Below, piece by piece: positions 1-8,705 of a stretch of DNA of 64,000 bases (position 1 is the stretch's first letter; each line of letters opens with the position of its first letter). The DNA lies in IMG/VR virus record IMGVR_UViG_3300023184_000026, positions 186,001-250,000 of that record; one strand, given 5' to 3'. Both the position numbers and the translations under genes were made by a program. Below the pieces are notes generated by a model that saw only the letters and a program-made list of their open reading frames with translations, was not told where the DNA came from and searched no databases.

Positions 1-88
1 TGAGCATGATGAACCTGCTGATGCATCTATTATTTCAGAAAATACATCTGATGCGCCAGCAACTGGCAGCATTGAATATAGCAAGTAA
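1..88 (+). CDS. 3' end of an upstream gene (partial)
   Basis: Open frame from base 2 (EHDEPADASIISENTSDAPATGSIEYSK) to TAA at 86-88. Confidence 0.5.
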   Translation, partial: EHDEPADASIISENTSDAPATGSIEYSK

Positions 89-395
89 AATATATAATAT
101 TTAAAATTTAGGTAGCCAGTATAATAGCATAAATTATGATAGCGTTTTATATCATAATTTATGCTTTTTTTGTGCTCAAAACATACTAGGATAATTTAGG
201 TACCCCCACCTAGCATATATACAGATATGCTATATACAACAGCAACAAAACAAAGTAATATTTAACAGTAATACAAAGTAAAATATTTAGGTACCCCCCC
301 CCCACTTCTTATATGCTTGACAAACAGCATATAGTGTATATAACTGATAGCGACAAACCAAATATAGGCTAGTCAAACAACTAAACAAAAACAAT

Positions 396-794
396 ATGCT
401 AAACGTAGTAACAATGGTAGGTAATGTGGTGGCTGATCCATCCAACAGAAGCACAGGAACAGGTAAAAGTGTCAGTACACTTCGCCTTGCGGTTAATAAC
501 CCACTCAATGATAAAGAAGTACTATTTATCAATGTAGATACATGGGAAAAACAAGCTGAATTCGTTAGTAAGTTTGTGAAGAAAGGCAGCATGGTAAGTG
601 TTGTTGGACGACTCAAACAAGATGATTGGGAGAAAGATGGTGTTAAGCGTACATCATATGCCATTGTGGCTGAACGAGTCAACTTCATTGGCGGCAAAAA
701 GAAAGATGATGCTGTTAAAGTTGCTGTTGTAAGTGATCAAAGTGAAGATTTTGATGATGCTGCATTTGCATCTGCGGCTGGTATAAAGAGTTGA
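396..794 (+). CDS. ssb: single-stranded DNA-binding protein
   Basis: N-V-x-x-VGNVVADP start, LAVN, FINVDTWEKQAE, KKGSMVSVVGRL, acidic C-tail; classic SSB OB fold. Confidence 0.93.
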   Translation: MLNVVTMVGNVVADPSNRSTGTGKSVSTLRLAVNNPLNDKEVLFINVDTWEKQAEFVSKFVKKGSMVSVVGRLKQDDWEKDGVKRTSYAIVAERVNFIGGKKKDDAVKVAVVSDQSEDFDDAAFASAAGIKS

Positions 795-809
795 TTATCA
801 AAATGTTAC

Positions 810-840
810 AAAACCCCGATTTTTTCGGGGTTTTTTCTTT
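810..840 (+). terminator. intrinsic terminator after ssb
   Basis: AAAACCCCGA-TTTTT-TCGGGGTTTT plus T run. Confidence 0.85.
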
Positions 841-841
841 A

Positions 842-992
842 TAGCTATATACAGTTTTATACAAGCTATATACAAAATATTATAGCTTATATACTTTTTG
901 TTATACGCTATATACACTTTTATACAAGCTATATACTTTTTGTTATAGCGTATATACAAAACATTATAGCGTATATACAATATTATATAGCA
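842..992. repeat. imperfect tandem repeat, ~7 units of ~21 bp with GC(T/G)TATATAC-like core
   Basis: gctatatacagttttatacaa / gctatatacaaaatattata / gcttatatactttttgttatac / gctatatacacttttatacaa / gctatatactttttgttata / gcgtatatacaaaacattata / gcgtatatacaatattatata. Confidence 0.85.
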
Positions 993-1244
993 AAAATTCG
1001 TTATATAATATGCACTATATAGAGAATATATGTTGTATCAAGAACAATATAGCATATATGGTTTTGTCAAAAAAACCTATATAACAGGGCACCAATTCAA
1101 TTATATATGAAATTTAAAAAATGTCAAACACATAAAAATTTATATCAAAAATTATTTGCTCGACTTTTTATAAAAAATAGTTTATAATAACGTATGGGGA
1201 GGAACCCAAAATTTTAAAAAAATTGGAATGAATATTCACGCAAT

Positions 1245-1335
1245 TTGAGCAGCCTCCGGTCCCCCACCCATCGGCCACCCTTTCGGGACTCACCGTAGTT
1301 CGGCTTTTCGGAATCGCTCTCCTACTTCCACCGTG
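1245..1335 (-). ncRNA. putative structured RNA behind the only leftward copy of the early promoter
   Basis: Minus-strand TCGACT-ttttataaatttctgt-CATTAT at ~1368-1341, followed by ACG (no ATG) and a GC-rich segment with stems GAGC/GCTC, TTCCG/CGGAG, CCG-AACTA-CGG, CCC-GAAA-GGG. Confidence 0.45.
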
Positions 1336-1457
1336 CTTTAATAATGACAGAAATTTATAAAAAGTCGAGAACAATCAGCCATGTGTGTGCCAACCAACAT
1401 CACTTTTTTCAACGATTGTTCTCGCTTTTTCTATAAAAAGTAGTCAGTGTTGGCAGC

Positions 1458-2051
1458 ATGAATTCACGAGAAACCGCCATGCTGCACTTTGCGCAGGTCT
1501 ACACCGGACAGCCGTTCACTGGCACGCAGGTTGAACGTGAGCTTATCATGATGATGCTCACCAACAGCCAAGGCAGCGTTGGGCTTGAAGAGGCACTTTG
1601 TGGCATCTTGAACCTCCAGCAAACGGTATCAAAGCATGGGTTTGACGCCATTGACACCGCGACCAACGTGCGATATGAACTCAAGCCAACCATGCAGCAC
1701 AAGCCCACGGCACGCTACAATGACGTGACGCCAAAGAAGATTCATGAGATGAATCAATGTGAGAACATTGTGGTGTTTGAAGCTCATTGTGACGGAAGAA
1801 TGATTTTTCTTGCCAAAGTGAATGGAAAGCATGTTGCAACATTGCTGCAAGAAAAATTCATTGCTCGCCAGAAATCAATTGAAGCTAACAAAAACAAAGG
1901 CACTCGCCAAAGCCACGGCATTTATTTGAACGAGATTGTTGAACGATTTGGAAAAAATTCTGTTGATGTTGTTTACTATTTTCCAAATAACAAGTTTCAC
2001 AGAAAAACCAAGCAATTACTTGAATTGAAAGATGCAATAAACAATCTTTGA
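1458..2051 (+). CDS. putative PD-(D/E)XK restriction-endonuclease-like nuclease
   Basis: HGFDAID...RYELK motif; early promoter 35 nt upstream. Confidence 0.5.
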   Translation: MNSRETAMLHFAQVYTGQPFTGTQVERELIMMMLTNSQGSVGLEEALCGILNLQQTVSKHGFDAIDTATNVRYELKPTMQHKPTARYNDVTPKKIHEMNQCENIVVFEAHCDGRMIFLAKVNGKHVATLLQEKFIARQKSIEANKNKGTRQSHGIYLNEIVERFGKNSVDVVYYFPNNKFHRKTKQLLELKDAINNL

Positions 2052-2092
2052 GCATTGACATTTTATAAAAAATCAATCAAGCTTTAGCCAAC

Positions 2093-2365
2093 ATGAAGAC
2101 CACATACAGCACCGTGATATTTTGTTCATCTAGTTTCAAATGGGCAGACAATTCATCTGGCACTTGTAAAAAAAGTGAGTTGATTACAACTGGCTTCCCT
2201 CTTGGCAATAAGCATATGGCTGGTGAATACAAGGGCGTGTTTATCAAAAGCATCAAGACTGGTGTTGTGAAATACTTTGAACCAGTTCACGATGAAGATG
2301 GTTATGACGGTGAATTTATGATCTATAAAAATGAAGATATTTTTATCAGTATTTGGAATTATTGA
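2093..2365 (+). CDS. hypothetical early protein
   Basis: ORF behind promoter copy at 2056. Confidence 0.75.
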   Translation: MKTTYSTVIFCSSSFKWADNSSGTCKKSELITTGFPLGNKHMAGEYKGVFIKSIKTGVVKYFEPVHDEDGYDGEFMIYKNEDIFISIWNY

Positions 2366-2404
2366 CTGGACATTCTATAAAAAGTAAAATACTCTGTTTT
2401 AATT

Positions 2405-2680
2405 ATGAAATATGTAGCCAAAGACATCTATGCATTGGAGCGTGCTGACATTGAATTGTCTTACAATGGCAAGAAAATGGACACTGAACCAACTGACGGT
2501 TATACCAGTACAATGGACTGCATACTGAGTATGCAAAGGCTTGTTAAAATGCTGGACATTGATTGCGAAAAAATTACTGCCGTTTTGATCATCAATCGTG
2601 AAACTACGTTTGTAACCAATCTGAAAGAACTAAGTGCAGTTGTTGACAATTGGCTTCCAAATGATCCTTATTGTTCGTGA
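2405..2680 (+). CDS. hypothetical early protein
   Basis: ORF between near-identical promoter copies at ~2367 and ~2695. Confidence 0.75.
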   Translation: MKYVAKDIYALERADIELSYNGKKMDTEPTDGYTSTMDCILSMQRLVKMLDIDCEKITAVLIINRETTFVTNLKELSAVVDNWLPNDPYCS

Positions 2681-2722
2681 AACTGATTTTGTGCTGGACA
2701 TTCTATAAAAAGTAAACCATAC

Positions 2723-3385
2723 TCATTTCACAAACCTGCCATCTTTTCCACGGGGACATTTACTGGTTAGTCCTCTCCACCATCCAGTCGGAATTTCTTT
2801 TGATTTTTCGTATTTTTTATTAGAAATTCCATCTGTTATCCAACAGCTTCCTAATAGCCACGTGCGAGTTTTTTCTATACTTTCAGCCGACATTGTTTTA
2901 CCCAAATGCATTTTTCTATGATGTTCCTTACGTTCTTCGCTCCATATGGTGCCAGATGCATACGTGTTACCAATCAGTGAATTGGATATTTTATTTCTTG
3001 ATTTGATTGTATGATATCGCCCCTCCATCGGGCCGTTGGCTGGAATTGCTATGTTATACCCTCTCACTATTGAATTGTAAAATTCAACCCAGTGAATTTC
3101 TTTTGAAGTTAAAAGTTCTTTTATTGGCTCACACTCTTCCAAAATTACTTTATCAAAATTATCATATCCATACTTCTTCAAAGCATTATATAATTTTGTC
3201 TGTGCCTTGCACTCATGACGTTTGTATCTTCCCCATCTTGTATAAATATTATCGGCACTTTGTCCGATATACCATTTTCCGTTAGTTTTGTTTCTTAGAC
3301 CGTAGATACCGCAACATTTGGCGTTTGAGGATTTTTTCTTTATTTCGTTCGTAGTATCGTTTTGATTTTGTTCGGTTGTTTGCAT
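2723..3385 (-). CDS. GIY-YIG homing endonuclease with NUMOD3-like repeats
   Basis: GIYGLRNKTNGKWYIGQS, LYNALKKYGYDNF, GYN; C-terminal basic helical repeats and WITDG; start uncertain (nearest in-frame ATG 3385). Confidence 0.9.
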   Translation of the reverse strand: MQTTEQNQNDTTNEIKKKSSNAKCCGIYGLRNKTNGKWYIGQSADNIYTRWGRYKRHECKAQTKLYNALKKYGYDNFDKVILEECEPIKELLTSKEIHWVEFYNSIVRGYNIAIPANGPMEGRYHTIKSRNKISNSLIGNTYASGTIWSEERKEHHRKMHLGKTMSAESIEKTRTWLLGSCWITDGISNKKYEKSKEIPTGWWRGLTSKCPRGKDGRFVK

Positions 3386-3425
3386 CAATTTCTTCTTTCG
3401 TAGTGTATATTTTTTTTCTTCCCAT
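3282..3425 (-). CDS. 47-aa basic protein overlapping the GIY-YIG 5' end in another frame
   Basis: MGRKKIYTTKEEIDANNRTKSKRYYERNKEKILKRQMLRYLRSKKQN; directly after TATTTATTGAT; paralogue at 22530-22703. Confidence 0.7.
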   Translation of the reverse strand: MGRKKIYTTKEEIDANNRTKSKRYYERNKEKILKRQMLRYLRSKKQN

Positions 3426-3524
3426 ATCAATAAATATAGAGGTGAGAGAATAAAAGTGAGAGAAATCGTCATTATTTTTCGTTTTTTTCTGGACTTTTTA
3501 TAAAAACCGTTCATAGTTCTATTC

Positions 3525-4931
3525 ATGACCATTGATACCACGCAATTGATCGGCCCGCAGCCCGACCATGTAAAACGCCTCGTTGATTCTATTTACATCA
3601 ACGGGTTCGCTCTTGACATGAGCGAGACTGGGACTGGTAAGAGTTATTGTGCGGCGGCAGTTGCGAGGGAACTGGGTTGCGATGCCACTCGTCCGCTGGT
3701 GCTCATTGCACCAAAACCGATTTTACCACAATGGGCCAAGATCTTGTCCAGCTTCAATCTCAAGCCATATGTTGCCATCAACTATGAAAAGCTTGGGCGT
3801 GGCAACACCAAATATATGAAGTGGAAGAAACAGAAGTGCATATTGAAGCCATGGGTTGAAAATGCCGTCATGGATGCTCCGGAATTCAATTTGCCCAAGG
3901 ATGCATTGGTCATTCTGGACGAAGGACACAAATGCAAAGGCAATCATAGCACGAATTCATGGATGATGATCATGCTCAAGGAACAGGGCTATAAGGTGCT
4001 TGTGGCGTCTGCTACGCTTGCCACTACGCCAATGGAACTCAAGGCTGCTGGCTATTTGGCAGATCTGCACAGTCTGCATAACTTTGACCACTTTCTGCGT
4101 CAGCATGGTGCGGAGTGGGTTGGTCGGTTTGGTGCCATGTCGTGGGATGCTGCGTCTGTTGCTGCCAAACACAGCATGATGTTGCTCAATGAATATTTCT
4201 TTGACACTCGCAGATGCGCATCGCGTTTGACTGTGGACGACTTTGGTACATTGTTTCCAGAGTCTCATATTGTGGCAGAAGCTTATGACCTTGGAACTGC
4301 CACTGGTAAAATCAATGATATCTATGATGACATGGAAGCTGAAATTGCCAAGTTGGATGAACGTGCTGGCAATTATAGCGAACATATCTTTGCTATCATG
4401 ATGGAAGCTCGTCGTCGTTCTGAACTGTTGAAGGTTCCTTTCTTTGTTGATACCATGGAGGATCTTTATGATGAAGGCAAGAGTGTAGTATTGTTTGTGA
4501 ACTTTCAAGACACTGTTGATGCTATTGTAAAGCGTCTGGAGAAGATGAAGAAGTTCAAGGACACTATTGGATATATTGTTGGCGGGCAACATCATAAAAC
4601 TCGTCAGAAAGATATTGAAGACTTCAATGCTGACAAAAAACGCATCATGGTTGTGAACATCAAGGCTGGAGGCGTAGGCATCAGTCTGCATGACCTCAAC
4701 GGCAATCACGCACGTGCCAGCATCATCAGCCCCAACTTCAGTGCGTTTGAGCTGGTGCAGGCTTTGGGGCGTGTATGGCGTCAGGGTGGCAAGACCAAGT
4801 CGTTTCAGAATATTGTGTATGCAGCTGGCACAATTGAAGAAAAAGCTTGTCATCGCGTTCAGTTTAGAATGAACAACTTGAGCACGCTCAATGATGCTGA
4901 TTTGCGAGAAGGCATCAAAATGTTTGGTTAA
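3525..4931 (+). CDS. superfamily 2 (SNF2-like) helicase/ATPase
   Basis: Walker A ETGTGKS, DEGH box, SAT motif III, GGVGISL, QALGRVWRQG motif VI. Confidence 0.9.
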   Translation: MTIDTTQLIGPQPDHVKRLVDSIYINGFALDMSETGTGKSYCAAAVARELGCDATRPLVLIAPKPILPQWAKILSSFNLKPYVAINYEKLGRGNTKYMKWKKQKCILKPWVENAVMDAPEFNLPKDALVILDEGHKCKGNHSTNSWMMIMLKEQGYKVLVASATLATTPMELKAAGYLADLHSLHNFDHFLRQHGAEWVGRFGAMSWDAASVAAKHSMMLLNEYFFDTRRCASRLTVDDFGTLFPESHIVAEAYDLGTATGKINDIYDDMEAEIAKLDERAGNYSEHIFAIMMEARRRSELLKVPFFVDTMEDLYDEGKSVVLFVNFQDTVDAIVKRLEKMKKFKDTIGYIVGGQHHKTRQKDIEDFNADKKRIMVVNIKAGGVGISLHDLNGNHARASIISPNFSAFELVQALGRVWRQGGKTKSFQNIVYAAGTIEEKACHRVQFRMNNLSTLNDADLREGIKMFG

Positions 4932-4939
4932 GTGAAATT

Positions 4940-4976
4940 GAGTCGGGTTGAGTGGTATCAACCCGACTCTTTTTTT
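4940..4976 (+). terminator. intrinsic terminator
   Basis: GAGTCGGGTTGA-loop-TCAACCCGACTC plus T7. Confidence 0.85.
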
Positions 4977-5022
4977 ATTCTTTCTGCTCGACTTTTTATA
5001 AACTGCTGTCATTGTTATGAGC

Positions 5023-5241
5023 ATGACGCTACAACAAATCAAAGACGCGGTTGAGGCTGGTAAGACGGTGCATTGGGCAACCACGGCATACACGGTCCTC
5101 AAAGACCCGCTGCGTGACGGTACGTTTCAATGGCTCATCGGCTGTGACCACGGACGATACAACCCGAGCTATATCGGGCTGACTTGGATGGACGGCGTGA
5201 CCGTGAATGGTCGCCCCGAAGAATTCTTCATCGGCAAGTGA
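5023..5241 (+). CDS. hypothetical early protein
   Basis: ATG 35 nt after promoter copy at 4988. Confidence 0.75.
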   Translation: MTLQQIKDAVEAGKTVHWATTAYTVLKDPLRDGTFQWLIGCDHGRYNPSYIGLTWMDGVTVNGRPEEFFIGK

Positions 5242-5287
5242 GTTTGATCTCGACTTTTTATATTTTATAAACCATAATATCAGCACG

Positions 5288-5458
5288 ATGAAAAACTACA
5301 AAATCAACGTCACGGTTCAACTGACAGTCGCCGCTGATAATGAGGATGCTCTCAACCAGCTGCTGCATGAGATGGATTACACGTTCACCAGCATTTTGCC
5401 GCGGCGCAAGATCGTGGACGCTAAGTTCACTGATATGCTAGTTGTATCGGAATATTAA
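5288..5458 (+). CDS. small acidic protein, DpnD/PcfM-like pattern
   Basis: MKNYKINVTVQLTVAADNEDA; start re-assigned from promoter spacing. Confidence 0.6.
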   Translation: MKNYKINVTVQLTVAADNEDALNQLLHEMDYTFTSILPRRKIVDAKFTDMLVVSEY

Positions 5459-5542
5459 TAGCTTACAAGATAGGGCGATATCACATAGTATCTATCATTA
5501 TTTTCTCGACTTTTTATATTTCATCAACCATACTTCTATTAT

Positions 5543-5845
5543 ATGAACGCTACATTTACCAAACACGATGATCCTTGTCATGGCTGGCTTGAAGTTCAAG
5601 AAAGTGATATCAAGGAACTTGGCGCAACTGTTAATGATTTTTCAGGATACTCTTATCGCAAAGGCAATCGACTGTTTCTTGAAGAAGATTGCGATGCTAG
5701 CAAGTTTTTTACTCTTTACAAAAACAAGCATGGTGTTTATCCAAACTATGTATCTGAACATCATGATGGTGATTTTCCAGAAGACTATGATCTTGTTTCT
5801 ATTCACCATATTCGCTTTGTGAAAATCACACCCATTGCGGTCTGA
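5543..5845 (+). CDS. conserved-looking phage hypothetical protein
   Basis: DPCHGWLEV...SGYSY...LEEDCD pattern; own promoter. Confidence 0.75.
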   Translation: MNATFTKHDDPCHGWLEVQESDIKELGATVNDFSGYSYRKGNRLFLEEDCDASKFFTLYKNKHGVYPNYVSEHHDGDFPEDYDLVSIHHIRFVKITPIAV

Positions 5846-5886
5846 TTGTATTTGACTTTTTATAAAATCTAATCATACTCTATTTT

Positions 5887-6063
5887 ATGGCTAAATACTC
5901 TGTTACTATTCAATTTGAACGCACTCAAACTATCTTAGTCGAAGCTGACTCTAAAGACGAGGCTATTGAACTGGTGAGTTTCGGCCAGTTTGACGATGAG
6001 CAAATCACCGACACCGAAGATGAAAACGTTGAAATCCTCGGCGCAAGTCTTGACAAATCTTAA
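5887..6063 (+). CDS. 58-aa DpnD/PcfM-like protein (below ORF-track cutoff)
   Basis: MAKYSVTIQFERTQTILVEADSKDEAIELV...; promoter at 5852. Confidence 0.7.
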   Translation: MAKYSVTIQFERTQTILVEADSKDEAIELVSFGQFDDEQITDTEDENVEILGASLDKS

Positions 6064-6077
6064 TCAATATATTATTT

Positions 6078-6272
6078 ATGACTTATAAACGACTGATTGA
6101 AAAATTGCAACTGCTTCCACCTGAGCGTCTAAATGACACTGTGACGGTTTGGAACGCTTGGAATGACGAATTCACTCCTGTCTGTGGCGTTACAGAGAAC
6201 AAAGAAGGTAGTGAAATTCTTGACACAAATGTTCTTGACTATGGACATTTTGTGCTTGAACTGAAAAACTAA
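6078..6272 (+). CDS. hypothetical protein
   Basis: ORF in gene run. Confidence 0.7.
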   Translation: MTYKRLIEKLQLLPPERLNDTVTVWNAWNDEFTPVCGVTENKEGSEILDTNVLDYGHFVLELKN

Positions 6273-6282
6273 ATCTTGACTT

Positions 6283-6489
6283 ATGAATAACAACAATAAT
6301 AATAAACGCGAATTTTTTAGTGACAGCAAGGGCCGCTGGGTGGGCTCTGTTGTGAATGAAGGCAACGGCAAAAAGACATATTCTGATAGCAAGGGTGCTG
6401 TTGTTGGACGTGTGCATGACAACAAGACATTTGATTCAAAGGGTAGTTTCTTTGGCAAAGGAGATATGGGTCAAAGATTGTTCAAGTAG
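6283..6489 (+). CDS. small beta-repeat protein (3x DSKG)
   Basis: FSDSKGRWVG / YSDSKGAVVG / FDSKGSFFG. Confidence 0.65.
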   Translation: MNNNNNNKREFFSDSKGRWVGSVVNEGNGKKTYSDSKGAVVGRVHDNKTFDSKGSFFGKGDMGQRLFK

Positions 6490-6529
6490 TTCTTGCTTTT
6501 TATAAAAACTCTGCTAGATTATATATCAC

Positions 6530-6799
6530 ATGCCAAACACTGAAATTGTAAAAATTCTGATTGTGAATACTGGAGCAACTCCAGTTTCAACTGAAAAGAC
6601 TGAGTTTAGTGCAACTGATGCAACTGCACTACAACAGTTTATTCTGGACGCTATCAATCGTACAGGTAAACAAAGTCATGCATTGCTCAAATATAAAGAT
6701 AAGTTTTGGGTTGCTGATCATACTGCACGCAAGGGTCACAGCAAAGAATACCACAAGCATGCCGTCAAATATCATCCATACATGAAGGAGTTGGCATAA
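6530..6799 (+). CDS. hypothetical early protein
   Basis: Own promoter at 6493. Confidence 0.7.
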   Translation: MPNTEIVKILIVNTGATPVSTEKTEFSATDATALQQFILDAINRTGKQSHALLKYKDKFWVADHTARKGHSKEYHKHAVKYHPYMKELA

Positions 6800-6802
6800 A
6801 AT

Positions 6803-6997
6803 ATGTACACTATCTACGGCGAACGATACAAAAATTATGAACCTATTGTTGATGCAAAAACTAAAGAAGTGCTTGACAATGGTGAACCAAAAACAATAAA
6901 ATTGGGAACTTGGGATAATAAAAAAATTGCAGACAACATGGCAGAAAATATCAAAAACACCGTGCCACACAGAAGTTGGAAAATTTGGGTAGAATAA
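6803..6997 (+). CDS. hypothetical protein
   Basis: Starts 3 nt after upstream stop. Confidence 0.65.
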   Translation: MYTIYGERYKNYEPIVDAKTKEVLDNGEPKTIKLGTWDNKKIADNMAENIKNTVPHRSWKIWVE

Positions 6998-7033
6998 GCT
7001 GGACTTTTTATAAAAACTAATCATACTCCTTTT

Positions 7034-7231
7034 ATGCCGAAATATTCTGTTATCGTCCAATCCCTACGCACCGAAACTATTGAAATTGACGCTGAAAACA
7101 AAGCTGCGGCTGTTGCGCTTGTGAAAGAAGGTTGCGGCGAAAAACTACCTCAATCTTTGAGCGAACAAATTCACTTCGCAGAAACAGAAGGTGATTATTT
7201 TGAAATTCTTTCCGTAGTCTTGGTAAAATAA
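7034..7231 (+). CDS. DpnD/PcfM-like small protein
   Basis: MPKYSVIVQSLRTETIEIDAENKAAAVALV; paralogue of 5887-6063. Confidence 0.7.
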   Translation: MPKYSVIVQSLRTETIEIDAENKAAAVALVKEGCGEKLPQSLSEQIHFAETEGDYFEILSVVLVK

Positions 7232-7279
7232 ACAAAAATAAGCTGGACTTTTTATAAAAACTAACCATACTAACAGACG

Positions 7280-7612
7280 ATGAATATTAAACCACTAAGC
7301 AAGAAAATCTATGACAAAGCCGTTTCTCTGGGTATCATCCAGATTATACTTAAATTCTCTGGAGGCAACGACGAAGGGTATTTGACTGTGTATGTTAATA
7401 CACAAGACGGGTTTGAGAGCAACACCGAGTTTGAACAAGAAATTGAAGGTTGGGCTTGGGAAGCGTATGGTTATAGCGGTGCTGGCGACGGCAACGACTA
7501 TGGCGACGACATTGTGTATGACCTATTGAACAAAACCGCAACGGCTAGTTCATGGTCTATGCAACGCACCGAAGGATACTCTGAGGATGCTGCGTTGGAA
7601 ATTGCTGAATAA
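7280..7612 (+). CDS. DUF6878-like acidic protein
   Basis: FSGGNDEG motif, GAGDGNDYG. Confidence 0.65.
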   Translation: MNIKPLSKKIYDKAVSLGIIQIILKFSGGNDEGYLTVYVNTQDGFESNTEFEQEIEGWAWEAYGYSGAGDGNDYGDDIVYDLLNKTATASSWSMQRTEGYSEDAALEIAE

Positions 7613-7620
7613 AACTCAAA

Positions 7621-8013
7621 ATGACACCACTCAAACACGCCGAGTCCACTGCACGCAAATGGGGCGGGCATTGGCAAGACTATATTGCTATTCACGACTG
7701 GTTTGATGCGACGAAAGTATATACTGGCGATTGGACTCATAGAGCACTTCGCCATCATAGCGCGGGTATCCAGTGGGCAGTTGAAGAGTTTGGTCATGCA
7801 ATCGTCAATTCGAGTAATCAAACCATCGCCGTCAAGTTGATCGCAGAGCAGCATTTGATGGAAGATTGTGGGTTCATTCCTACGCCAAAGGACTGGTTGA
7901 AGTGTTTGGGTGCTCATCCCGAGCCGTGGATGCTCAAGGTAGGAAAGGTTTATCAGACTCAAAGTCTTTCAATCACACCAACCATCGACGGTCTGAAAGT
8001 TGCAGTGCGATAA
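7621..8013 (+). CDS. DUF6915-like His-rich protein
   Basis: HAESTARKWGG...IHDWFD...HRALRHH...EQHLMEDCGFIP. Confidence 0.7.
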   Translation: MTPLKHAESTARKWGGHWQDYIAIHDWFDATKVYTGDWTHRALRHHSAGIQWAVEEFGHAIVNSSNQTIAVKLIAEQHLMEDCGFIPTPKDWLKCLGAHPEPWMLKVGKVYQTQSLSITPTIDGLKVAVR

Positions 8014-8328
8014 AAAAGATTATGTTTTCTGTTGGCAGCAGAATATATATGTGTATAGTGATGGTAGTTCTTTAACAATAATATACAGATAAAAAAGTGG
8101 CTCCTACGATGAACCCACGGTGCGCCTTTCGCGCCGCCAGAATAATGCAAGCAACGCAAGAAGCAGCTAAGATAATGGTGGAATGATGATGAGCAGAAAA
8201 AAATGTAAAAAATAAAGCACGCTTGTGAAAATAGTGGGCTGTGAGCCGAATGGAAAATCAGCACATATGTAAGAAAGTTATTGACAAAATTAATAAAATC
8301 TGTATAGTTATTTCAAATCAATTTATAT

Positions 8329-8402
8329 TGCAGGATGGTGTAAAAGTAGCACGCCACGCTCATAATGTGGAGACAATCGCGCGATTCGGTTTCCTGCAAC
8401 CA
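8329..8402 (+). tRNA. tRNA-Met(CAT), atypical T-loop
   Basis: TGCAGGA/TCCTGCA acceptor, CCACG-CTCATAA-TGTGG anticodon arm, T-loop CGCGATT, ACCA end. Confidence 0.75.
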
Positions 8403-8473
8403 ATTTAAAAAGAGACGATCAAAAGGTCGTCTTTTTTGTTGACTTTTATAAAAAGTAGTTCATACTTTATATA

Positions 8474-8641
8474 ATGAAACGCTACACAAGTAAGAAACAA
8501 GGATATGTTATTGTGAATGGTGAATATGTGCCTGTCAAGCAAGTGAAATTTCTTGACATTGAAGAAGACATTCAAGGCATTGATGTGATGACCTTTGAAT
8601 ATAAAGGTGAAACTCGCAAGTCGTATGTTGTGATTCGCTAA
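8474..8641 (+). CDS. 55-aa hypothetical early protein
   Basis: MKRYTSKKQGYVIVNGEYVPV...; promoter at 8439. Confidence 0.7.
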   Translation: MKRYTSKKQGYVIVNGEYVPVKQVKFLDIEEDIQGIDVMTFEYKGETRKSYVVIR

Positions 8642-8705
8642 AACTATGAACTATTCTATTCAAAATAACTTGACTTTTTATAAAATCTAATCATACTGAT
8701 ACACG

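Noticed and set aside
798-980. 60-aa minus-strand ORF with 7-aa periodicity
   Set aside because: Simply the translation of the 21-bp DNA repeat and terminator; no independent coding signal
3386-3541. ORF-track N-terminal extension of the GIY-YIG gene
   Set aside because: Runs through the late-type motif and the divergent helicase promoter; the real upstream coding frame is the MGRKK peptide
3957-5102. 381-aa minus-strand ORF
   Set aside because: Antisense shadow of the helicase gene; no motifs, and it crosses a terminator
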